DNA of 20,000 bases from the NCBI GenBank assembly GCA_910592345.1, contig CAJVPI010000041.1, positions 51,858 through 71,857 on the forward strand, written 5' to 3'. Shown piece by piece: positions 1-8,428 of the stretch. The notes under the pieces were generated by a model that had not been told where the DNA came from, did no database searches, and was given only the letters and a program-made list of their open reading frames with translations. Position numbers and translations under genes: made by a program. Each line of letters opens with the position of its first letter. Position 1 is the first letter of the stretch. Origin of the DNA: Paraglomus brasilianum (Eukaryota).

Positions 1-2462
1 CTTCCCCTAGAAATAACGGACAAGTTTAGAGTAGAGTTATTAACGAGAGATAAAAGCTGTTTACGTATTATACCTGCAGATGCCATAATATGTCCATTAT
101 CAGAAACGGCTAAACTATGTACAGCTCCAGAGTGACCGGACATAATGCGTACACATCGACCGGTTTGAATGTCCCACATGCGTACCATTCTGTCACTCGA
201 TCCAGTAAGAATGTACCGGGAGTTTGGATGAAATTTAACGCACTGCGCGAGAAGTATTATGATTTTTAGTTCTACAACCAGATTCGCTCAAGCATTTTCT
301 TATAACAACTTACATCAACGTCTGACAAATGACCAGCGAATATGCGCAATGGATAGATATGGTCACAACTCCACAATCTCGCCGTTCTATCATAAGATGC
401 AGTGGCAAAGTAAAAACCATAAGGTCCAAAATCAACATCCCAAATGGGATAATTGTGGCCCTTATAACATACTAAATTTGTAAAAGTATCTACACTCCAT
501 AGCCGCGCTTGGGGAGAGAAAGTGACAAGTACAAAGGGATTAAGGAAATATCATTAGCCTACTTTCAGTTATTGTATGCTACAAGCTCAATTACCGCTCA
601 TTAGAATACCTGTTTTATCTTCTGAACAAGTAACTAGATATCTATTATCCGGACTGAAGCTTAACCCAAACACAGGACCAGAATGTCCTACTAGTCTTTT
701 ACATTCACTTCCATGTTGTTCGCGCAACCTCTCAAGATCGCTCACTGGCAGTTGTAAAAGAGCACAAATATTAAATATAAACACGACGAAAATTCTTGTG
801 AATATTTCCATAAACCTACCTTCAGACACAAATGTGGGCCTCACGTTGTTCATAAAAGCCTTTAGTTTCTCGCCCTTTAAACTCCATATCTTTACGTACG
901 ATTCGGAAAATCCACCGGCTATTAATGTGGCATCATCTGATATTGATATACAATTAAGACTGTGATTGAGGAGGTCAGAGAACAGAATCATTTTAGGTTG
1001 TTAAACAACATCTATATAATCATTATAATAAAAAAACTTACCTATCATATGTATTATGAAATGTATAGAAACATATCGAAGGCAGTGTGGATGCTCCGAG
1101 TTTTATTCGATGTCTAAGCTCAAATAGTTCTTCTATTTTTGTTTGTATATCGCTACCTTTACTGAACAACTGACTGTCAGACACGGGTGTTTGATATATA
1201 TCTCTGTTCGACAAAAGATTAAGGATTTAACGTACGATGGTGGTAGTGGTACATCATTTCTATCCGGTGCTTCTATCGAGTCTTTGAAGTCCTTGGTTAT
1301 ATCCTCGAGTAATGTTGATAAGTCATCATCTCCCAATGACTACAGTACGACGAACAGAGTGTCATAAAATGCTTATATATTGGTTGACGAGATCGGATCA
1401 ATAGTAACTTATCAAATAGTGAACACTTTACCTGGGGATCCATATTATTTAATTGCGTGTCCTTCACTTTCAATACCTGTTCCGCCTCCTCCACAAATGT
1501 AGGTTCCGGTGGCAAAGGACCTAGAAAGACCTTCTGCTTATTAAAGTCATCAAGCCCATGAGTAGAATATCCAGTAACACCAGTCACATCCGCGATGTCA
1601 GACATCATTAATGTCTGTTGATGATTAACAGTTTCTTGAATTACAGAGATGACATATTAGCCAAATAGTAAAACATAAGCTACATATTTTATAACATACC
1701 TTCAATCTCCAAATACTGATTAACAATACGCAATATTATATAAAGTTTATTCTCTTGGAGAAAGTTCAACAGTAATTTGGTAGACACATTAGACAGCCGC
1801 ACATTATATTTTTGACTCCTTAACGTAATCGCAAACTCATTTTCTTGGAGATGCTGAGAATGTGTTATGATACTCAGTTTTCGGATGTTATCCCCGTAGT
1901 ATTCGTAATGATCAGTTTTGAATTCTTCCATGAAATGCATTGCTAGATTATCAAAGAGTTCTCTTGTCAGGGACACTAGGGACCATAGGGGGCGCGACAA
2001 ACGACAATAGCAATCTTTTTCCTAAAACTTACCTTTATCGAGAAATCCCTTAAAGACGAGATCAAGATATATGTGCGCAAATACAGGAAACATAACCAGC
2101 CTTAATTCCAGCTGTGAGTGAGAGCCAAATCAATGTCAAAACTTTGCGAATTGAACTTCAGAATACTAAATCTTTCACGAATCTTTTACCTTGTATATAT
2201 CCATAGATCTCTCTATCAGTGTTCTAAGATCAGCGTAGGAAGATATGTAGCTATCGGGATTATTTGAATCTGGGTCAGTTGGGAAGAACTGATACCCTGA
2301 CACTGCATTCATTTCATCCATTGTATAATCTTCTCCGGCAATTGCGCGTATTTCATTACGAAACATGAGCTCTGTATGTTTGTAACCCTTCTGGGTAAGA
2401 TAGTTAAGAACTATCTTATCCAGCTCCTTGTCGGGAAGGTGTCGTGGTTGTTCGGCAGACAT
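1..2462 (-). CDS. TAF5: TFIID subunit 5 (LisH + NTD2 + WD40), 3'-partial, 11 exons in window
   Basis: Exons assembled by hand with GT-AG boundaries and consistent phases: 2462-2190, 2111-2033, 1942-1700, 1634-1432, 1339-1236, 1161-1042, 959-820, 744-610, 507-314, 242-74, 6-1. Introns are 65-102 nt. Translation shows a LisH-like segment ([18 protein letters not shown]), NTD2 ([18 protein letters not shown]), the TAF5 hallmark [11 protein letters not shown], and WD40 repeats ([46 protein letters not shown]). ATG is at 2462 (MSAEQ). Confidence 0.96.
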
Positions 2463-2599
2463 GATGTGAGGGTGGTGAGGTGAGTTGTGTTGTTTGGAGG
2501 TGTCAAGTAATTTGAAATTAAGGTATTTCGGTGTCGTGTGATCTGCATGATCAGAGATCATGTGAGGAATGAATAGTGCGTTCAGAGCGACTTGAAATC

Positions 2600-2993
2600 T
2601 CGTCTTCCACGACGTGTTCTTCCTTAGCCTTCGTACAGTCCAGATCTCAATCCAATCGAGAATGTCTGGGCTGTTCTGAAGCATAATATTGAAAAACGCA
2701 TTAAGAAAATGGTAGCGGAAAAAGTAAAAATCTCTCAGTCCGTTTTTTTAAATTTAATTTGGGAGAAATGGGATGGTCTCGAGAAAAATGTCATAGTTAA
2801 CAACATCAGTAGTATGAAAAATAGAATTCAAGCTTGTATTGATGCTGAAGAAGGCCATACTAAATATTAAGTAATTAATAAAATTTGTAGCCCTAATGTT
2901 TGACTTTCATTAGAATTTTTGGAGTTGTTTTTATCTTTCAAGTTGAGCTCATTACGTCCCAAAAACTGACCGCCATTACTTTGCCGGGGACTG
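2600..2993 (+). mobile_element. 5'-truncated Tc1/IS630-family transposon remnant (transposase C-terminus + right end)
   Basis: Frame 2628-2870 reads PSYSPDLNPIENVWAVLK...SMKNRIQACIDAEEGHTKY*, the canonical Tc1 SPDLNPIE catalytic-E motif and C-terminus. The preceding W of the WP motif appears mutated to TAG (2625-2627). The element ends ...GGGGACTG followed by TA (2994-2995), matching the CAGT terminus and TA target site. Confidence 0.92.
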
Positions 2994-4249
2994 TACTACA
3001 TTTTTCCTAGCAGACAAAAAACTTTTTCGATTTTAATCTGACTGGTATATCTTTAGCACTATTACTCTTTTTTGATGCCGTAACTTATATATTGCTCTGT
3101 CTTCTAATCCTTTTTTATACACATTAATACTATTTCCCGAGTTGAGTGCCATCAACGCGCACTTGTATATTTATATTGCCAGCTATTTCATTAACGCCAA
3201 CATAACGGTTTACTATGTTGATTTTCAACATATTAACCAAACGCCACCGATTAATAATAAGAATAGGAATCGTAATATATTTTAAAAAGGTAGGATTTCG
3301 ATGATCCAATTGTTAACACAATAACTATGCTATGTCGTCACTGAAGCCGAAGCGAATGGGTTGAACTTTGTCCATGCGTCATTGTATGGTATTTTCTTTA
3401 TCTCAGTTTAGCAGAGTTCTTTCTGTCGCCCTATTAGATGAATGTGTGCCTTGTAATAAATAGTAGATCCTCGTGTTATATTTTCTAAATTGTGCTCAAA
3501 ACGTCGAAGTATTATCGTAATTTATTTCAATTATTTCTTTTAAGTAAATATGTTTACGATTAATTGCAGAATTGTTTTATGTAAGATCTCTATTGACGGG
3601 TTATATTGCTTTTCCCCCAGAAAATTTAACAATTTCAACAGTAATCGACATATTGTACCTCAGTTGGAGACTTGTCTCAGATGAGGACCATTAGACGAAC
3701 TCTATATCTACGGCATTACCCAATTGATTGATAGTTGAAACAGACGATAATAAGTGATGACATTGTATTCGCTAACAAGACTATTATCCATTCGCAAAAC
3801 ATTTCAGAATAACTGCATGCTAATATTGTACAGCAATACAAACAAATGCATGCATGTTTAAACGAGCATATCTATAACTTTTATTTAACGTACTGTGTAT
3901 AGTATCGGGTGATGCATTAAAGTAATGCTTATTAGACTTGTTATGGTAAAGTGACTGATAGGCCGACACTGCAATAACAAAATTTGCTTGTACATTTCGA
4001 ACAAACAAAATACAATTTTTGATTGGCGTATTTCCCCATTTAGGATAAAGTCATTTCTTCGCGATAGACTAAAATTGCAATGAGATTCTTTCATACCGGG
4101 ATAGAAATAAAGAGTTGTGGTCAAACAGCAAACGAGGTAAATCATCAGACAGAAGCGCGACAGATTATTCGTCTAAAAATATAAGGGACTAGGCTGGTAC
4201 ATACTTAATACGATAAACTGGTTGGTATTATTAAGAGATATACAAAATT

Positions 4250-4415
4250 TTTTTGCTATATAGTCTTGATGAGATCCTGCAAGGTAGTGAAGTACCATAT
4301 ACCGCTGAATTTACTGAAGATGCTTTGATTGAGGAATCCAAGGAATATCAAACATTGCGTAAAAGTGTAACCAAGATACTGGGATTTGTTGGCGGATAAG
4401 GCGTGTGTGAATAGG
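4250..4415 (+). pseudogene. Degenerate C-terminal fragment of a Crinkler-like (AMF expanded family) gene
   Basis: Reads FLLYSLDEILQGSEVPYTAEFTEDALIEESKEYQTLRKSVTKILG, then after a frameshift LLADKAC. This resembles, from memory, the C-terminus of the expanded Crinkler-related proteins of arbuscular mycorrhizal fungi. There is no start codon or upstream frame. Confidence 0.6.
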
Positions 4416-5539
4416 TTTGGTGCAAAAAAAATTATCGCTCTAGAGAATAACGTGTGCTATTTTAATAAGCAGTTAAATTGTATTCTTGAAAACCATAGCT
4501 TAATTTTAACCTCGTGGTATTTGTACGTGCGTGTGATCTATACTATTGTTGCATATTAAAAAATAGTTCGGATTCCACAATAGTTTTACAGGATTTGCCA
4601 TAATTATTCTGCAATACGTTCTCTCCACAATGACAATGTTTGAGGATATAACGATAATATATCAACAGAAAAAAATTATTGGCTCTAGATAAGTTAAATA
4701 GATATGTTAATTTGGCTCAAACATGCATAAATGTAATGCGAGTTTCTGAGCATTTAATTGGACAGTAAATTCACTCCACATTTTTTCTTTGTATCTTAAT
4801 ACATGCTTAAAGCTTTTTACTAATTTCCCTTGCCTTCCGATTGCATTGCATTTCTGTAACTTGTAACGATGTAATGCAAATTTATTATCGAATTTATAGC
4901 CAAGAAATGGAACTTTTGATTCACCGCAGTATTTATTACCGGTACATGAAAATTTTCATGGTCATAATTCCTATATATTTTAATTTATTTCTTTGTCCAG
5001 TATAAACTAATTGATCACGAGAGAAACAGAGATTTCAGGGTATATGAGTCGCCATCCGGAAATCGTGTTAATTTCCCTTTAAGATATCTTTTACACCGAT
5101 TAGTAAAGATAGTTTTTTTCGAAGTACGTTAAATTAACGAGCCCAGATTTGTGACATCTAACAATATTCAGGTGTACAGGCCTCATTATCATATGTTTTT
5201 TCAGCGTGTCACATACTACGGTCAAGACTGGATATAACGATACACCCGTTAGGCATTTTCATCGTTATAGCGATAACATGATAGTTACGAAAAAAAAATC
5301 GTTATACAAGATATTATCTATCTTGTTTGATATTCGGTTTTATTGAAAAAAAGATTCAGTGATACTACAACCTACATTCTGATAACAAAACCGTCTAGCA
5401 TTGACTGTTTCTTATTATTGACGTGGTGCGTTAGCACTTGTTTTCGTAAGGAGCGTACTGTTGGTACAGTACTTGCATCGCAATTAAAACCTGCGGGTGG
5501 ATGAACGAGAAAATCGAACACAGTTCTTTAAAACAGTCT

Positions 5540-5694
5540 CCTTTCCCTGAGAAGGTTTGGGCTTACTAGAGAGTTTAACACAACATCCTTTTTTTTTGTG
5601 CAAAGGTCAAACGTGTTCTCAAACGTTTTGTTGGATATTGGGTGTTTTCGCTGGTAGCTCGTTTATTGAGTAACATTTGTTTAGTATTAGACAT
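5540..5694 (-). pseudogene. pogo/CENP-B-type N-terminal HTH transposase fragment
   Basis: MSNTKQ...PTKRLRTRLTFAQKK, then frameshifted (D)VCVKLSSKPKPSQ. This resembles the 'KRxxLTxxQKxxIC' start of pogo/Tigger HTH domains and lies within the TIR-bounded element. Confidence 0.65.
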
Positions 5695-5737
5695 TGAAAA
5701 TCGGGGAAATGAATATTTATTATATGTAATACTAATA

Positions 5738-5933
5738 CAGTCAACCCGCTCTATAGTCACGCTGTCGGGAACAATGCAACTTTTGTTGAAAATGTGCTTA
5801 TAAAGAGGTTGTGATTATATAGAGGGTTTTTCCTATAAGTTCAATAGTAATTGGTTCTCAAACATGGGGTGCTTATAAAGAGGTTTTTATATGATGTGCT
5901 TATAGAGGGGGTGACTATAAAGAGGGTTGACTG
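5738..5933. mobile_element. 196-bp pogo-like MITE nested in the 5219-6136 element
   Basis: 23-bp TIRs CAGTCAACCCGCTCTATAGTCAC and GTGACTATAAAGAGGGTTGACTG (2 mismatches). TA at 5736-5737 and 5934-5935. Internal copies of a GTGCTTATAAAGAGG-like motif at ~5795, 5811, 5869 and 5896. Confidence 0.92.
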
Positions 5934-6189
5934 TACTCGAAATTCGTACAGTTTTGATTGGTCATGGGTGGATGTCACACAAAAATATCGGTATAAAAAT
6001 ATATTGCTACAATAGTTGGTACATCGTATACGTATCGTTATACGTAATAATAATAACGAGGTTTTAACAATGACAAATTTCATCGTTAGATCCAGTTATC
6101 GTTATATACAGATATCGTTATATCCAGTCTTGACTGTATTAAATAAACTATTTTTTAATATGAGTTACAAATGCACTGATAAACTTTAA

Positions 6190-6362
6190 AAATTCATAAC
6201 TCAAAAAGTTTCAAGTCTTTTCAATAAAATAAAAATGCATTGAAAGCCAGAAAGCAAGACTATATTCAGTTTAAATTTCATTTATTTTGGTTGGATATTT
6301 GTGGAGTTATAAGCCTATACATTCAATTCTTCTAAACATTGAGCCGGTTTTGTGAGTCACTG
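6190..6362. mobile_element. Orphan Tc1/mariner-like terminus
   Basis: Ends ...CCGGTTTTGTGAGTCACTG followed by TA (reverse complement CAGTGACTCACAAAACC, Tc1-like). An internal ATAACTC...GAGTTAT inverted pair is present. No partner end was found in the window, and the left boundary is approximate. Confidence 0.5.
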
Positions 6363-6364
6363 TA

Positions 6365-7112
6365 TATGGAGAGTGTGCATATATGGAGAGTCGGCATTTT
6401 ATTGGGTGCACGTGATATATATTTTATTTATTCATAATAACGATAATAATAATGAAAGACAAAATTAAAATACCTGTTACTATTTTTGACTAAAAAAATT
6501 GTCTATGGTTGTTTGTTTCTTTGCATTCATCAACTTTAAACCAATGTAGTAATCAAGAGCATTAACTTGTTTAAGTAACTCCTTAGAATCTTCTTGCTGT
6601 TGCAAAAGGAACGAACTAATTCTAATTCTAAACTCTTTATTTATTTCTTTCGCGAACGATTACGAGATTCTTTATGCAATTCATAACGCCGAATGCCGAC
6701 CTTTAACAAAAGATGTTAAAATTTCTTTCATGAACGATTACAAATTCTTTATCCATCATTAATTCTCTATTTACCGAACCTATTAATATTAAACGAAGGA
6801 ATGTTAAACAAGCAATTTTGACAATGATTCACGAATCTCTTTCAAAGTGTAACCAATAAGGCTAGCAAGTATTACAAATCACACTCTTTGTATGATCTTT
6901 ACTTTTTTTAGACATCTTGTGTACCGGTAATTATCATTTGTTGTACAAAATAACATGGAAATCACGGGCGTGCATATAGAGAGGGTGGATTTCATATAGC
7001 GGGAAGTGAAAAAAACCGTGCAATGCAGAATATAGAGGGTGTACATATATTTACTAACTCCCGAGCTTGGGAATAAGACTTGGCGTGCATATATGGATGG
7101 TGTGCATATATA
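6365..7112 (-). mobile_element. Third pogo-like element remnant with transposase C-terminus (6480-6640)
   Basis: Minus strand reads KSLELELVRSF(frameshift)LQQQEDSKELLKQVNALDYYIGLKLMNAKKQTTIDNFFSQK*, ending in a PIP-box-like QxxIxxFF typical of pogo/Tigger transposases. Repeated GTGCATATA(T)RGA motifs occur at ~6371, 6970, 7085 and 7102, arranged like the subterminal repeats of the 5738 MITE. True TIRs are lost. Confidence 0.65.
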
Positions 7113-7623
7113 CAAGGAAATTCTAATGTACAGGATAATCTTGGTTGATGTAGATAAAAATGTTCAAAAAGCAGTGGAACTGTATCAAGAAACAGTCAAG
7201 CAAAAAAATGTTACTGCATACACTAGCCTTGGTTTATGTTACAAAAATGGAATTGGGGTAGAAAGAAATATTCAAAAAGCTATTATATTGTTTCAAAAAG
7301 CAGCTGAAAAAACATGCACATGGACAATATAATCTTGGTTTATGCTATGAGGCAGAAATTAGAGTAAAACAAGATGAACAGAAAGCTATTGAATTATATG
7401 AAAAAGCTGAGCAAGGGTACATTAAGGAACAAAATAAGGTTTATTTTTTTAGATACAATGATAAGTCCAAGTTAAAAAGAAAGATTCAAGAGCTAGCTGG
7501 AACTTATCCAGCCAAAAAGAAACAAAAGTTTGTATTAGGCAATAGGTTGTGTTTAGAGTTGGCAAATTATAGCTATGGTCATCAAAGCCTCAAGTTATTT
7601 GCAAACTTGCTAATTATTAATAG
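7113..7623 (+). pseudogene. Sel1-like repeat protein pseudogene fragment
   Basis: QGNSNVQDNLG, then a deletion, then VDKNVQKAVELYQETVKQKNVTAYTSLGLCYKNGIGVERNIQKAIILFQKAAEK. After a frameshift at ~7310 it continues HAHGQYNLGLCYEAEIRVKQDEQKAIELYEKAEQG, with a stop at 7621-7623. About three degenerate Sel1 repeats and no 5' end. Confidence 0.88.
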
Positions 7624-7662
7624 AGTTACATACTATAACACAGTAATCAACATACACCCCAT

Positions 7663-8090
7663 GCAAAAAGTATAAATACGATACAAGATTTTACTTGTAA
7701 AACATACGAAAAATCGAAATTTTCAAGTCGTTAATTTTCCATGTTATCTTAAAAGAGTACCAAATTATTGTAAAGCTAAATGATTGTAGTTTTAATTGAA
7801 ATATCAGTAATTTTAAAATATTAACGATTGTCGTATATACCTCCCCCAAAAATATAATACGATTTATGTCGATTAATTAAGCAAGTAAAGTCTGCATCTC
7901 CTCCTCACTGCAATAAATAGTAATATTATAAAATTGCTGAAATCCCTCAATTAAAACTACAGTCATTTAGCTTTACAATGGCATAAATTTTATTGGTATT
8001 TGTTTAAGATAATATTGAGAATTAGCGACTTGAAAAATTCTGTGTTTACTAGTAAAATCTTGTATCGTATATCGTGTTTATATTTTTTGC
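7663..8090. repeat. Long imperfect inverted repeat (foldback / long-TIR MITE)
   Basis: Arm ~7663-7830 is the reverse complement of ~7910-8090. Examples: ATACGATACAAGATTTTACT / AGTAAAATCTTGTATCGTAT, TTTTCAAGTCG / CGACTTGAAAA, ATTGTAAAGCTAAATGA / TCATTTAGCTTTACAAT. The spacer is ~80 bp and no TSD was identified. Confidence 0.88.
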
Positions 8091-8428
8091 TTAGGCAGAA
8101 ATGTTTATTATTCATGAGTATGTTCTAATACTGTACATTGTTGGTAGAATGAGAATGATGTAAAGTATAAATAACGTAAACATAACCAGAAAAAAAAATC
8201 ACATTAATATTAAATAAAAAGTTGCATTACATGTTGTTATGTTTGGTCACTTGAGAGAATGTTTGTGTTCAAACTGGGTAATATGCTCAAAATTTAGCCC
8301 TAACCTAGTCTTACTTACATGTCCGCAGCGGCTCTTTATATCTTCTATTGCCAAGATATAAATTCTCACTCAGGCTTCATTCTGGTACGATATAACATTC
8401 TTCTATATTCCTCTTATGGAAAGAATTG

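Larger units (their letters stand above)
5219..6136 (-). mobile_element. Non-autonomous pogo/Tigger-like DNA transposon with complete TIRs
   Basis: 24-bp TIRs: C(G)GTCAAGACTGGATATAACGATA at 5219 and TATCGTTATATCCAGTCTTGACTG ending at 6136, with 1 mismatch. TA flanks both sides (5217-5218, 6137-6138). Subterminal ATCGTTATA repeats occur near both ends. A transposase N-terminal relic lies inside. Confidence 0.9.

Noticed and set aside
259..1367. Plus-strand ORFs 259-483, 576-965 and 1143-1367
   Set aside because: These are antisense shadows of TAF5 exons and introns with no recognisable motifs.
2463..2684. 74-aa N-terminal extension of the 169-aa ORF as part of TAF5
   Set aside because: It overlaps the antisense strand of the Tc1 remnant. 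TAF5-like sequence starts at the Met at 2462.
3620..3735. Kinase-like snippet (KFNNF...LYIYGITQ)
   Set aside because: It contains stops and none of the core kinase motifs (HRD, DFG, APE) were found nearby, so it is too short to support.
5795..5930. Spaced short repeats resembling a CRISPR array
   Set aside because: The spacing is irregular, the context is eukaryotic, and the repeats are subterminal copies of the MITE TIR motif.
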